From NCBI GenBank assembly GCA_030390025.1, contig CM059433.1, positions 29,948,001 to 30,012,000 on the forward strand: 64,000 nt of DNA, read 5' to 3'. The DNA comes from Squalus acanthias (taxonomy: Eukaryota). The notes beneath the pieces are model-generated. The model did not search any database, was not told where the DNA came from, and saw nothing but the letters and a program-made list of their open reading frames with translations. Position numbers and translations under genes: made by a program. This document shows positions 51,015 to 64,000 of this stretch, piece by piece (the stretch's first letter is position 1; every line of letters starts with the position of its first letter).

Positions 51015-52832
51015 CATAGAAACATAGAAACATAGCAGATAGGAGCAGGAGTAGGCCAGTCGGCCCCTCGAGCCTGCTTCGCCATTCAATGCGATCATGG
51101 CTGATCATCCAAATTCAGTACCCTGTCCCTGCTTTCTCCCCATTTCCCTTGATCCCCTTAGCCTTAAGAAATATATCTAACTCCTTCTTGAATATATTTA
51201 ATGAATTGGACTCAACTGTCTTCTGTGGTAGAGAATTCCACATGTTCACCACTCTCTGGGTGAAGAAATTCTTCTTCATCTCAGTCCTAAATGGCTTACC
51301 CCTTATCCTTAGACTGTGACCCCTGGTTCTGGACTCCCCTGCCATTGGGAACATCCTTCCTGCATCTAGTCTGTCTAGTCCTGTTAGAATTTTATAAGTT
51401 TCAATGAGATCCCCTCTCATTTTTCTAAACTCTAGTGAATACAAGCCCAATCGACCCAATCTCTCTTCATACGTCATTCCTGCCATCCCAGGTATCAGTC
51501 TGGTGAATCTTCGCTGCAATCCCTCCATGGCAAGAACATCCTTCCTCAGATAAGGCGACCAAAACTGCACACAATACTCAAGGTGTATTCTCACCAAAGC
51601 TCTGTACAACTGCAGCAAGACATCCTTGCTCCTGTACTCGAATCCTCTCACTATGAAGGCCAACATACCATTTGCCTTCTTAACCGCCTGCTGCACCTGC
51701 ATGCTTACCTTCAGCGACTGGTGCACAAGGACACCCAGGTCTCGTTGCACTTCCCCTTTTCCCAATCGATTGCCGTTCAGATAATAATCTGCCTTCCTGT
51801 TTTTGCCACCAAAGTGGATAACCTCGCATTTATCCACATTATACTGCATCGGCCATGCATCTGCCCAATCACCCAACCTGTCCAAATCATACTGGAGTTT
51901 CTCTGCATCCTCCTCACAGCACACACGCCCACCCAGCTTTGTGTCGTCTGCAAACTTGGAGATATTACATCTAGTTCCCTCGTCTAGATCATTAATATAT
52001 ATTGGGCCGAAAATTGATCCCGGGACGCGAGAGTACGCACTGCGTACTCTCGCGTATTCCCACTCCAATTGCCGGTTTTCTGCATGCCCTGCGCATGCAC
52101 TGAAAACCGGCAATTGCTCTTCTGAAAAGGGGGCGGGTCCTTGGTGCATCGCGTGCGCGCTACAGGCTGCGCGCACGCTGTGCACTTCATGCTTTGGACG
52201 CGCAGGTAAGTACGGAAGATTTTGGAAATGTAAAAAGGAGGAGTAAGACCCACTTTTAAGAAGGTAAGTAGTGAATTAAGTATTTTTTTGAATTTTTTTT
52301 AACAGGTATATCTTTTTTAGAGACTTTAAAGACAGGTAAGTTTATTTTTATAACTTTTTAAAAGATTTTAAATTTTTTCAAAAATTTAATTTTTTATTTA
52401 AAATGGTTAATTTAATTAACTATACTTATTTTATTAATGTGATGGTTTTTTTTTTAAATTTAATTGAGGTTTAGCTGTTATTTTGGGGGGGTGTAAGATT
52501 CATAGATTTCACAGCCTGCTGTGAAACTTATGAATGGAAGATGGTGTGCTGCCATTGGCTCTAACTGAGTCACGTGATCCCACAGCTCGCACGAATTCAC
52601 TACGCCGCTGGGATACGCAAGCACTGCCCAGCTGATCTCTAGAACATCAAGTTCGTGCGAGCTGGATCTGAAAAAGCACAAGCGAGGTGAGAGATCGCGG
52701 GAAAGCCTTACCCCCGCGGGAACAGAGCGAGATCAATTTCTGGGCCATTGTGAATAACTGGGGTCCTAGCACCGATCCCTGCGGTACCCCACTAGTCACT
52801 GCCTGCCACTCGGAAAAAGACCCGTTTATTCC
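51015..52832 (-). mobile_element. 5'-truncated CR1/HER1-like LINE (RT C-terminal part), interrupted by a MITE
   Basis: GVPQGSVLGPQLFT (52750-52790) joins IYINDL..KFADDTKL..LEYCVQFWSP; (TCTATGTT)n tail. Confidence 0.92.
52004..52746. mobile_element. Harbinger-like MITE inside the CR1
   Basis: TIRs GGGCCGAAAATTGATC / GATCAATTTCTGGGCC; 3-bp TSD ATT. Confidence 0.8.
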
Positions 52833-53630
52833 AACAATAAATGTCCAGCTGTTTATACTACACTAAGCATCTCTTTTTTCCTCTCAACAAGGTGAAGGGC
52901 TTGTCCAAGCGCAGGAGTCTAGGATTTGTCTTCAGCTATGTGGGGGGGGGGGGGGTGGGGAGGGGGGGGGGTTTGCCAGATTTCTCTGCAGTTGTCATTT
53001 TAAGATCCCAGTAGCACAGTCACGGGATAGACTCCAAAATGATTTCTGGAGAGCGCAGCCCCCACTTTTGACTTTGCAAAAGTGTGTTAAAAACAACCCA
53101 GTAATTTAGCTTTAAAAGACAGGTGCAGCCCTTCAACAACGCACCTGCCCATAGCCTGTCAGGTGGGGATGCGCAGAATCTGCACAATGTGCCTTTGGAT
53201 AATATTTACCACTCATGTACAGCCAGGAACTCAGCAATCTAAGTTGTTATTCTGCAACTCAATCTTTATCATAATCTGGAATTTCGTGGGTAATTATCGT
53301 TTATAAGGACGACTCGAAGAAGAACAGGGCAGTTCTCCTCGGTGTCCTGGCCATTACCTCATTGCTGTTTGTGGGCTCTTGCTGTGTGCAAAACTGGCAG
53401 CTGCATTTCTGATATTACAACAGTGACTACACTTTAAAAGTACTTCATTGGCTGTAAAGCACTTTGGGATGTCGAGGTCATGAAATATAAATGTAAGATT
53501 TTCTTTCTAAACACCTTCGCTGCTGTCTACTGTGTACAGGTGTGCAGGGCCCCGAAGATTCTGCAACACCTCAAGGCCAATTATCAACGCCTACCAAATT
53601 CTATTGTGGGAAATCTGTCCAGAGTTGGGA

Positions 53631-54092
53631 AATTTCCAGCAAACTATTTTGGAGTAGAACAAACAAGTAGGAACATAGGAAAATGGGAATTGTTAAAAGA
53701 AGGAAGTGCTCTCCCTGGGCCCTGCAAGGATACTTTCAGCCTCCCCTTCCCTGGGTTCACACCACCGTGCCGCCCCCCCCACCTCCAACCGGCCCCCCAC
53801 CAACTGCAATCGTTCCCAGTCCCCTCCTTTCCCACGCTTTACAGCCAATGAAGTACTTTTGAAATGTAGTCACTGTTGTAATGCCGGAAAGGCGGCAGCC
53901 AATTTACACACAGAAAGGAGGGGACTGGGAATGATTGCAGTTGGTGGGTGGGGGAAGGGTGGGGCGAACCCAGGGCGGGGGAGGCTCAAAGTATCCTTGC
54001 AGGGCCCAGGGAGAGCACTTTCTTCGTTTAACAATTCCCATTTTCCTATGTTTCTACTTGCTTGTTCTACTCCAAAATAGATTGTTGGAAAT
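53631..54092. repeat. Long inverted repeat (arms ~53631-53831 and 53913-54092) around a SINE fragment
   Basis: The arms are reverse complements, e.g. CTATTTTGGAGTAGAACAA / TTGTTCTACTCCAAAATAG and CCCTGGGCCCTGCAAGGATACTTT / AAAGTATCCTTGCAGGGCCCAGGG. Confidence 0.9.
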
Positions 54093-54267
54093 ACAAATTT
54101 ATTTTCATTCTCATCAATATATTTCATGAGCTTCAAATCCCAGCAGTGATGTTATTGAAAGTATATAATTAGTGTCTTCATTGGTAAGGAAGCTAATATT
54201 GGTCATAAATGTAGTATACATGCAACGTGACATTTATCTCTCTTCAATTATACATACGCACACAATG

Positions 54268-54299
<32 letters not shown>

Positions 54300-55021
54300 C
54301 TGATCTGTGTTTCCTTTTAACATGCTTGCCATGCTTCAGTTGGTGAAGGGACTGCCTAATGTGGAAGTGACCATGGAGACCAGAATGGTCCCACCGCGAA
54401 CCCCAGTCTGCACCGCGTCAGTTGATCTCAGCCGGGGCCACATAGCCTCATTGTAACTTGGTTACGTGGGCCTCAGAATCGTCCGTAATGCCCTCTGTGG
54501 CCAATAGCTTGGGACTCTATGGTCTAGGCTCACACATGAAGAATGGTCATTTAGTGTCGATACGGGCAGCAGCTAATACCTGGAATCATACAATGATACA
54601 GTACAGAAGGAGGCCATTCGGACCATCGTGTCTGTGCCAGCTCTTTGGTAGAGCTATCCAATTAATCCCACTCCCCTACCCGTGGAATTGTGCTCTGGCC
54701 TGAGTCAGCACCTTCAGAAGAGGAGGACAGAAACAATGAGAGAGCTCATCACAAGCCAAACATCTTGCGCCAATATTAAATGGACTCTAGATGCTCCCCC
54801 CTACTGCACAAGACTTGCTCCTGCAGACTCTGCCCTTGATCCAATGACCCTCAGCGGGGTCAGAGACAGACTTCCATAGTTGACGCTGAGGTCACACCCA
54901 CGTGGATTTTTGGGACCGATATATTTAGTCGGGAAGCAAGTTTAGATCTCTGGCTCCAAGACTCAATGAGGCTCTCTAATTATTCTAACAACATATGAAT
55001 GTATTTTAACATGAAGTTCAC

Positions 55022-56215
55022 ACAACAACAACTTGCATTTATATAGCACCTTCAACATAATAAAACATCCCATGGCGCTTCACAGGAGCGTTATCAAACA
55101 ATGTTTGACACTGAGGCAAAGGAGGAGATATTAGGACAGGTGACTGGTCACAGAGGTAGGTTTTAAGGAGCGTCTTAAAGGAGGAGAGAGAGGTAGAGAG
55201 GCGGAGAGGTTTAGGGAGGGAATTCCAGGGTCCAGAGCCGAGGCAGCTGAAGGCACGGCCGCCAATGGTGGAGCGATGAAAATCAGGGATGCGCAAGAGG
55301 CCAGAACTGGGGAAACACAGGGGAGAATTTTTACCTGAAAAAATGGGTGGGTTTGGAGCATGGGGGTAGTTAAATAGTTAAAAATCAGAATCCCGACCTG
55401 AACCCGCCTCCAACCTGCCCACTTCCGGTTTTAACAGAGGTGGGACGGGGGTGCAAGATGGGGTGGGCAGCCAACCCGCTGCCAGGAGGCGGGACGTCAA
55501 TTTAAATATTACAATGAGGCTGGAAGCCTCTTCTTTAACCACCATTTTGTTTTTAACTCTATCTGGTCAGGTTTTACACACTTCATAAAACCCAGCAGTT
55601 ACAGCAAAGCGAGGACTGCTGCATCCAGGAGGTAAATGTCTTTATACCTACCTCCTGGATCCAGAGTCCCTGCTAAACCCCCCCCCCACACCCCCCCCCC
55701 CCCCCCCTCCGTGATCAGAGACCTCCCTACGAGGCCTCCGATCGCCTTTCCGGCCCCCCCCCCCCCCACCCCACCCCTCGCAGCCGATCATCCTGAGCCG
55801 GCCCCCATCCTCTGGTGTCCGGCCCCGATCTGATCTTCCCCCCCGCCCCCCCGGATGATCTTGAGGCTGACCCCAATCATCCTCCTCCCCCGCAGGCCCA
55901 GATCTTCCTCCTCCCACCCCGACCCTCCATAGGCCCCAATTTTCCTCCCACCCTCCCCACTGACCCTCCGGAGGCCAGCACCAACCACCACCTGATCCCT
56001 CCCTCCCTCCTCTGTGTGGCCTAGTGCATGCCAGTTGAGTCTGAGGTAACAAAGGCATGGATGAGGCTTTCAGCAGTAGATGGGCTGAGGCGGGGCGGAG
56101 AAGGGCGATGTTACAGAGGTGGAAGTAGGCGGTCTTAGCGATGGAGAGGATATGGGTTCGGAAGCTCAGCTCAGGCTCAAATAGGACATGGAAGTTGCGA
56201 ACAGTGTGCAGTTCA
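55022..56215 (-). mobile_element. L2-type LINE 3' fragment interrupted by a MITE (~55320-56020)
   Basis: GGRAFSCLG..WNSLPKPLRLSTSLSSFKTLLKTYL; upstream piece KTAYFHLCNIALLRP. Confidence 0.7.
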
Positions 56216-56594
56216 GTTCCACATTTAGCAAGTGAAGAAAGGCTGCCTGTTACCAACAGTTACCGATAAGGCTGTCATTTTAAAAGCAATTTAGATTTCT
56301 TTTCTCAATACTGCGAGTCTTGATGAGTCACAAAGCCACAGATTGAAACTAGCTCTGTAATAGATTATTAAAAGATAGTCTTCTTGTCACCGCACTTGCC
56401 CCCACTTCAATTCTTGTTCTCGAGAATTCCCATTATATCCATCAATAAGATGAGCCTGGTTTGTGGAATGCGAATGCTTCGTGTTCCTCTTGACCTGAAA
56501 CATGAACTCAGCAAGCAGAAGAAAAATTGAGATGGTCCAAAGCTCAGAATTCAGGTTCTCATCTTTAGCAAGTGAAGAACATTGAACTAATTAC

Positions 56595-57290
56595 ATACCA
56601 CAGAAACAGGCCATTCGGCCCCACTGGTCCATGCCGGTGTTTATGCTCCACACAAGCCTCCTCCCACCCGACTTCATCTCACTCTATCTGCATAACCTTC
56701 TATTCCTTTCTCCCTCATGTACTTATCTAGCTTCCCCTTAAATGCAGCTGTGCCAATCTCTTCAACTATGTTCCCTGTAATTTCTTTGAGCCTTGCACGG
56801 CCCCTTTAAGGGGCAGCACAGGCCATTCAAAATACCGCGCGTGCGCGGGTTTTATATTGAAATGCCAGCAAGCCGGCTGCGCGGGTTCCTTGGAGCAGTG
56901 CGCAGCTGTGCGGCCGTGCACCTTACAGGGAACACCGCTCTTCAGCCATTCCATGTGATAGCGAGTTGCACATTCTCACCGCGCACTGGGTAAAAAAAGT
57001 TTCTCCTGAATTTCCTATATGGATTTATTAGTGACTACCTTATATTTATGACCTCTAGTTGTCGACTCCCTGCATAGCAGAAACATCTTCGCTACATCTA
57101 CACTATCAAACCCTTTTGTAATTTTAAAGACCACGATCAGGTCACCCCTCAGCCTTCTCTTTTCTAGAGAAAAGAGCCTCAGCCTGTTCAATTTTTCCTG
57201 ATAGTTATAACCTCTCAGTTCTGGTATCATCCTTGTAAATCTTGTTTGCACCTTCTCCAGCACCTCGGTATCCTTTTTGTAATAATGGAG
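56595..57290 (-). mobile_element. CR1 LINE 3' fragment
   Basis: LEKVQTRFTRMIPELRG..LFSLEKRRLRGDLI. Confidence 0.8.
56766..56937. mobile_element. 172-bp hAT-like MITE
   Basis: Inverted ends TGTTCCCTGTAA / TTACAGGGAACA; 8-bp near-TSD CTCTTCAA / CTCTTCAG. Confidence 0.7.
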
Positions 57291-58623
57291 AGTGCAAAAG
57301 CACTTTCTCCTATCATTATTAAATAGAAAAACAATGGGAAAATAAACTTTGTTTTCAAATAAGCAGCACATTTATGCTCAGTATTATTTATCCCACCTAT
57401 GACTGGGGCAGACACAAGCCACTCATGATCATCACTTTGACCAAACCCCTTACCCTTGGCTTAAATTCTGTATTTGAGCCTAGAAATTACGGCCCATCTT
57501 AGGTACAGAAATGGCGCAATCTGCGTGGGGAGGGAATAAGGAATTAGGAGGCGGAACCTGATTCTCCCGGCTATCTGCCGTCTTTCTAGCCACTTTGCGG
57601 AATACCGGTGAAGTGGGCTTGTTCCGACTGCTGCCATCCGTCGTTGTGTCGTAGTCGTAGGCGGGGCTGGCTGGGTTGACTGGGAACCCCGCCACTGCTG
57701 CCCCTGATGCCTTGCGAGTGCAGTTAGTCCCACCCACCCCCTTGCCCGTACTCCCAGCGCCGCCACTTCCGAATTGTAAATTCTAAGATTCGGATACCTG
57801 GGCCTGGAGTTTCCTCCGTGGGCGCAACCCGGAAGTTAGACCTGAAAATACGCCAAATGTTGCCCTCATTTTCCCCATGTCAACTTACGCCCAAGTATCC
57901 TCCCAATCTCATTAGAATATGCCCAAACTTAAAATGGGCATAAATCAGCATAAACAATCGGGGCCCAAGGAACCCACACCAGTAAATTTCTTCTCTAAGT
58001 CTGAAAATTTTAGTTTCAACTCGTTTATCCATGATTCACGCATGTCAGGCACAACATGTTTAAGAACCTGCAATCGGGGCAGCTTACTGTGACTTACACT
58101 TATGCCATAACAATACACTAAAATAAACAGATAGTACAACGCAGCTCTCAGTTGAGGATAAATGTTTTAAATAATTAAAAAGAAATGGCAATTAAAAGAC
58201 CAGAAGAATGATTTTCTTTCCTGCTGTGCCTGAAAATCTGGTCCATTATTCATACGTGCCCCTTGACTGCGGGTGTCAGCAGGCTATTCAACTGCCGAAG
58301 CATCACCACCAAGCCCTCAATCCTTTCCGTACACTCATCCACATTCGGGCACTTCCAGCAGAGGGTTATTACCAGATAGAGATCAGGAACGGGAATCCTG
58401 GCCGATTTCGCCCTCATTAAGCGAGGGGTTTCTGAGGGCCAATTGTAGCTTCTCTACCCATGCCTCAGTTTGAGGCCATCTAACTCAGCACTTAACCCCG
58501 GGGAACAAACCTAGGAACCTTCTAATCCGTATGCCTCAACTATTCACAAGGTAGACTAACTGAGCCAGACAAGGAGCCCCAGGGTAACACTGATATGATA
58601 CAGGCAATTGCTCTAGGTCTTAC

Positions 58624-58671
58624 TGTCACAGTGAGGACCTCCTCTTCTTCTATACCTTCCATCTCCTCCAT
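58624..58671 (-). CDS. LGSN: Candidate lengsin first coding exon (MEEMEGIEEEEVLTVT)
   Basis: ATG, 16 acidic codons and a phase-0 donor GTAAGA compatible with the 49055 acceptor; TATAAATA ~67 bp upstream. Confidence 0.45.
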
Positions 58672-58737
58672 TCAAGCCACCATCCAACATAATGTAAATT
58701 GGGCAGAATATTGAAGGATTAGATGTCATCTGTTGAA

Positions 58738-58745
58738 TATTTATA
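58738..58745 (-). promoter_or_regulatory. Candidate TATA box for lengsin
   Basis: TATAAATA on the minus strand upstream of the candidate first exon. Confidence 0.35.
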
Positions 58746-59396
58746 GACAGCTGGACAATGATGATCAGAGAGAAAGTTCCGTGTTTAGTTTTATCAGTGT
58801 CTGTTTCTTTTGTTTGACTGGACAGTGTGATGACGGAAAGAAATTTAGTTCCAAAGCATCTGACTCCTTTACAACAAAAGCAGCGACTAATCCAGCTGAC
58901 TCGCCCTGGAAACCACCGTGGAAACTGCCCGAAGTCCTTGCACTATTCAACGCAGTCCAACAAAACAAGTTCATGAGTTCGTTTGATTGTGAAGGGGAAA
59001 AATAAAACTTGTTAAAGAGCCAGTGCGACAACCAGGCCATTTTGTTTGTGTCCGTTTCAAAGTGAAACTTCTCTTTTCATTCAAGAACAAATCAGTCAAA
59101 ATTAAACTGTACCTCGCAAAAGTCTATATGGGCGGTGCAATTGGTTACTGCACTCTGGGGTCGAACTCGACATTGCGCGATAGTGTGAAATGGACGATAG
59201 CAGATCAGCAGCCCGCTTTACATTACCCCCTATTTTTATTTCCATTATCATTCGTTCCCTGTAGACTCCCTGGGTGAGGGGGAGTTAGTAGTGAGATCTG
59301 CTCAGTCTTCGGTCATGCTGCCTCACTCGACCCGCCTACTCACTGCTCCTCATCCAGGATCTCCACTATGATTAATAACAGTGGAATAGAATCATA

Positions 59397-60260
59397 GGGG
59401 GAAAAATTCAGTTGGTTGCACCTCCTGTTAGCGCCTTAAGAGGGCGCTAACGGGGCGCAAAGCAACTAGCGCCCAGGCGCGGCGATGTTTGCGCCGCTCG
59501 CGCAATTAACTAAACACTACCGCCACGATCTCCTGCACCGGCAGATCGTGACGTCAGTCGAGTGCGCAACGCCCCAGTAGCGCCCGGAGCAGATATTGAG
59601 TGGTGCCTCCTGCCTTACCGCCTGCCGCCAGCAACGACAGGTTGAGGGGAGCGTTTTGCAGTCAGGAAGGGACTGGGGGAGTGCTAGTTAAAGGCGACCG
59701 CTTCCTGCCTTTTTTTGTTGGTGACATTTCTGAACCACGCATTCTGAGAGAGAGAGAGAGAGAGACTTCTGGAGAGATTCAACGCTGTGTGAAGGAGTTT
59801 TGGGTACTGAGCAGCACTTTGCAGGTTCATTTTGATTTGCCATTCCTTGTATCGATTTAGAAGAGACTGTGGGGGTTGCACTCTGAGCTCTTTCCCTGGT
59901 TCTCTCCATTGTTCTTTCCAGCAAATTTGATGTACAGGCCGAGATTCAAGGCTGCAATGAGCAGGATGTGGATGGAAAGCAAGATCAACCCTCCCCTTTA
60001 AGAACTGGCCGGCGCCATTGTGTCTGTGTTCCATTGCTGACTGACATCACATGAGCTTCGCCAGCGCTCTGAGTTAGCACCTCGCTCCTCGGCCTTTGCA
60101 CCTTAAGACAGATGTGTAGCACCTGATTTAGCGCTCCAATCACCTCCAGGGGCGATAAAAGTCAAGTTTGCAGTCGGAGGCGATAATTAGCGCCAGGCGC
60201 TAATCTTTGCGCCCGGCCGATAATTGCGCCCCAAAAGGGGCGATACTGAATTTCTCCCCC
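59397..60260. mobile_element. Harbinger-like MITE inserted in a CR1 tail
   Basis: TIRs GGGGGAAAAATTCAGT / ACTGAATTTCTCCCCC. Confidence 0.75.
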
Positions 60261-60610
60261 ATGGAATCTTACAGCACAGAAGGAGGCCATTCGGCCCATC
60301 GTGCCTGTGCCGGCCCTTTGAAAGAGCTATCCAATTAGTCCCATTCCCCTGCCCTTTCCCCATAGCCCAGCAAATTTCCTATTCAAGTATTTATCCAATT
60401 CCCTTTTGAAAGTTATTGAATCTGCTTCCACTGCCCTTTCAGGCAGTGCATTCCAGATCATAACAAATCGCTTTATAAAAAAAATTCTCCTCATCTCGCC
60501 TCTGATTCTTTTGCCAATTATCTTCAATCTGTGTTTTCTGGTTACCGACCCTTCTGCCACTAGAAACAGTTTCTAATTATTTACTCTATCAAAACCCTTT
60601 ATGATTTTAA
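60261..60610 (-). mobile_element. CR1 LINE 3' fragment (related pieces at 60765-60990 +, 61260-61460 -, 62385-62726 -)
   Basis: IWNALPERAVEADSITFKRELDKYL. Confidence 0.75.
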
Positions 60611-61467
60611 GCCGATTGATAGGCCATTCCAATACTTTCACCCTCTTATGAGTCTAGAAAGAAGCTTTGGGTCCTGAAATGTATGTGACTTCCAACACTA
60701 ACAGGATTCTGGATGGCAAAACCAGCAGAAAAAAAGACTGCAAAACAGAGAGAGAAATAATAAAAAGGTTTAAGATTTAAGATAATTGGCAAAAGAACCA
60801 GAGTCGAGATGAGGAGAATTTTTCTTACGCAGTGAGTTATTGTGATCTGGAATGCACTGCCTGAAAGGGCGATGGAGGAAAAATTACAAGGCTATGGGGA
60901 AAGAGTGTGACTAATTGGATAGCTCTTTCAGAGACCCGACACAGACACGATGGGCCGAATGGCCTCCTTCTGCACTCTGGTTTCCATGATAAGAATAATT
61001 TCCAGACTGCTAGAGTGAGACTCCACAGCTGCAGTGGTCCCTGGTTGAGGGTCATGTGAGGGCCATGAATCTCATCGTTAACGGGTCACCCAAGCCATTT
61101 ATTTCCAGCCCGAAGTGGCTGCGTTGTGATTAATATGCAATATGGGCGTATATCCAGCAAATCCACGATCGCCATTGACATGCACTGTGACCTCAGCGGC
61201 GTGAACGAAATTATAACAGCTACTGCGAGCCTATCAACAGAGCGGCACAAATCATGGAAGCATAAAATCTTCCAGCACATAAGGAGGCCATTCGGCTCAT
61301 CGTGCCTGTGCCGGCTCTTTGACAGAGCTATCCAATTAGTCCCACTCCCCTGCTCTATCCCCTTCAATTTTTTCCCCTTCAAGTAATTATCCAATTCTCA
61401 TTCGAAAGTTACTGTTGAATCTGCTTCCACTACTCTTTCATGCAGTGCATAAAAAAATTCACCTCAT

Positions 61468-62295
61468 GGGGGTGATTTTGCCAATGGGGATGTGATGGAG
61501 GCGGGACTGCTGCTTGTCGAGTTTTAGTCCCACCTCCATCGACGTCCGGCCAACCCACGCTATTTTCCCTTGATTGACCTTGTTAAGCCCGCCCAGTGGG
61601 CTTAGCAGGCCAATTAAGGAAAAGCCGGTGACAGAGAACGTCAGCGTATGACGTTTCATCTGTCAAGATTTTTTGACAGATGAATTGTCATCGTTTGACA
61701 GCTCTGTGAAGCTCTCAAACACTGACAATCTGTCTTCTAAGTTGAGTCCTTTACTGAAGACTCAATTAGAAAGCTTTCCTGAGCAGAAAGCAGAAGGCTG
61801 CTTCTTTTAAGAATGCAGCGGCCATTCTGCTTTCTCTGCCGGTGAGATGAGGCAGCTCCGCAGCCTAAAGGGATGAAGCCTGGAGGAAAAAGCAAAGGTA
61901 AGTAATCTTATTAAAACACTCTACACTCACCTCACACACTTACCTCTCCACACTTGCACTCATCACTCACCTGCACAGCGCACTTTTCAGCCCCTCTGAC
62001 CCCCGCAGACCCACGGCTCGCCTCGCTGACCCAGGCGCGGTTCGGAGCCGTCGGGAAGTCCACACTTTAGGTGGCAAAATAGGGATTAGCCAAAAACCTG
62101 TCTATTAACTACCTGTTAACAGGCAGTTAATTGGCACTAATCCCCTTCCTGCCTCGAGGAGACGGGTACCCGCCTCTTGGGAAGATGGCACGGAGGCGGG
62201 TTGGGGGCGGAATGCGTACCCGCTCCCAGATTCTGCCATTTTCCCGGCAGTCCCGCCTCCATACCCACCTCCCCAGGGCTGGCAAAATCGCCCCC
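61468..62295 (+). mobile_element. Solo, more diverged copy of the satellite-embedded MITE
   Basis: 16-bp TIRs GGGGGTGATTTTGCCA / TGGCAAAATCGCCCCC; 3-bp TSD CAT; collinear with the array copies. Confidence 0.85.
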
Positions 62296-62726
62296 CATGT
62301 CTTTGAAAGAGCCGGCACAGACTCGATGGGCCAAATGGCCTCCTTCTGTGCTATTCTGTACTATTCTATGATTCTATCTCACCTCTGGCTCTTTTGCCAA
62401 TTATTTTAAATCTGTGTCCTCTTCTGCCACTGGAAACGGTTTCTCCTTATTCTATCAAAACCATTCATGATTTTGAACGCCTCAATTAAATTTCCCCTTA
62501 ACCTTCTCTGCCCTAAGGAGAACAATCCCAGCTTCTCTAGTCTCTCCACATAACTGAATAAAGTCCCTTATCCCTGGTACCATTCGAGTAAATCTTCTCT
62601 TTACCCACTCCAAGGCCTTGACAGCCTTCCTAAATTGTGGTGCCCAGAATTGAACGCAATATTCTAGCTGGGCCCTAACTAGTGATTTATAAAGGTTTGA
62701 CATAACTTCCTTACTTTTGGACTCTA

Positions 62727-64000
62727 GGCCGCGATTTTGCCGGCGCTCAGAGGGCGGGTTTGGAGGCAGGTCAGAGGTTAAAGTCGTTTTGATTGACAAC
62801 GGGTTCCGCACCCGCCGTCAACCTGCCTCCACACAACCTTCCCAAGCGTCGGGTCCCCGCTTTGTGAATGGACCCGACACCTAGCGGCGGGAAACGGATT
62901 AAAGGCAATTAACTGCCTATTAACAGGTACTTGTGAGCAATTTTCAGGGTCTTTTTTCGATTTTCCAGCTTCTGGGTCGGATTTTACGACGTCCGGACAA
63001 CACGCCAGGTAAGTGTGTCGTGTTGTGAGTCTGGTCTGATGTTTGTGAAAAGATGACAGCTGCAGAAGTGGTGTCAAGGATGCCATGTCACAGATGGTAA
63101 GTTTCAGAGCAAAGAAAATGTTGGTTACTGCATTTTTAATACATATACAGATTTCTTTAGCTTACAAGTTTTTAAATCCAACTGTATGTCCAGTGCCACC
63201 TCATTGGGAGAACCTCTCTCACCAGTGACAGATTGCTTCTGTCATCTCACCTGCAGCTGCCATCTATTCCAGCAACATCGGAGCCAATGAAACAATCAGA
63301 ACTTGGTCCTCCGAATCCTTCATCCCCAACACCAACATCACCACCCTCATCACCAACCTTCGCCACCATCACCTGATGCTGCACTGGACACAGGGCATCA
63401 GACCCTGACAAAATTGCTGGCCGGGAGGCCAGCGATGGCATCACCATGGCCAGACTTTCTTCACTTGATGCTGTAAACCCTGGCTGCCACATGATGCGCC
63501 AGGTTGACACCATCCCACACCAGCACCGTGAAGCATCCCTTTAATGTCCAAGCCATTCCATGCACACACATCACGATAGCGGGGGGGGGGCGGTGGGGGG
63601 AGTTATGACTGAACAATCACTGGAACTCAGTAAGACACTTCTCAATGTGCGCTCAGATCTGTCCAATAAGGGGCACTTTTTGAAAAAGAGATTTCACCAT
63701 ATGACAACACATTACCAGAAACTTCACATGGACATTGGCTAAACCTTTCAAGCACCCTCCCTTGTGTGTTGTTAGTTGGTATGCTTGCAGTAGAATGAGG
63801 GTGAGTGTGAGGGGTGGCTAGTGAGATGGGGAAGTGATAAAGTAGATAGAGAGGATTGGTGGAGCTGCAAGGTAAGTTGGTGTCCTGGGGAGGTCTCTTC
63901 CGCCCTTGGAAGGGAAGAGAACCTCCCTGCGTACTGTGACTCCCTCCATAAGCATATGGAGAGAGTCATTGGAGAGCCTGGGTGCAAGAGTTCACCTTTG
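62727..64000 (-). mobile_element. Harbinger-like element related to 41809-43587, opposite orientation, runs off the window
   Basis: Terminus GGCCGCGATTTTGC; 63340-64000 is reverse-complement similar to 42110-42930. Confidence 0.65.

Noticed and set aside
51115..52185. 356-aa RT ORF as a functional gene or as the missing pol of the LTR element
   Set aside because: Non-LTR CR1-type, 5'-truncated, with an N-terminus derived from an inserted MITE; unrelated to LTR-type Pol

Overview
Eukaryotic DNA, most likely from a shark or other cartilaginous fish. The basis is HE1/V-SINE-like and Deu-domain SINEs, CR1/L2 LINE fragments and a vertebrate lengsin gene. Positions 1-35.5 kb are a strand-asymmetric 15/18-bp satellite (ACAACACAGAAATAT / ACCACAACACAGAAATAT). 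It has been co-amplified with nine same-orientation copies of a ~780-bp Harbinger-like MITE. One MITE copy carries a young 9.4-kb LTR element (19283-28720) with a 4-bp TSD GCGT and 1.6-kb LTRs that are ~99% identical. The element encodes an intact Gag with overlapping PSAP/PPxY late domains, an in-frame post-stop (readthrough-like) coiled-coil ORF, and an envelope with an N-terminal Ig-like domain plus a class I fusion (F-like) body. It has no recognisable pol. This lokiretrovirus-like, pol-less element is the most interesting object in the window. Positions 36-64 kb hold lengsin (LGSN) on the minus strand: three well-supported exons plus a candidate first exon, with TE-rich introns. Nearly all ORFs in the 1-35 kb satellite are artefacts. 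All calls were made by eye, without database searches.
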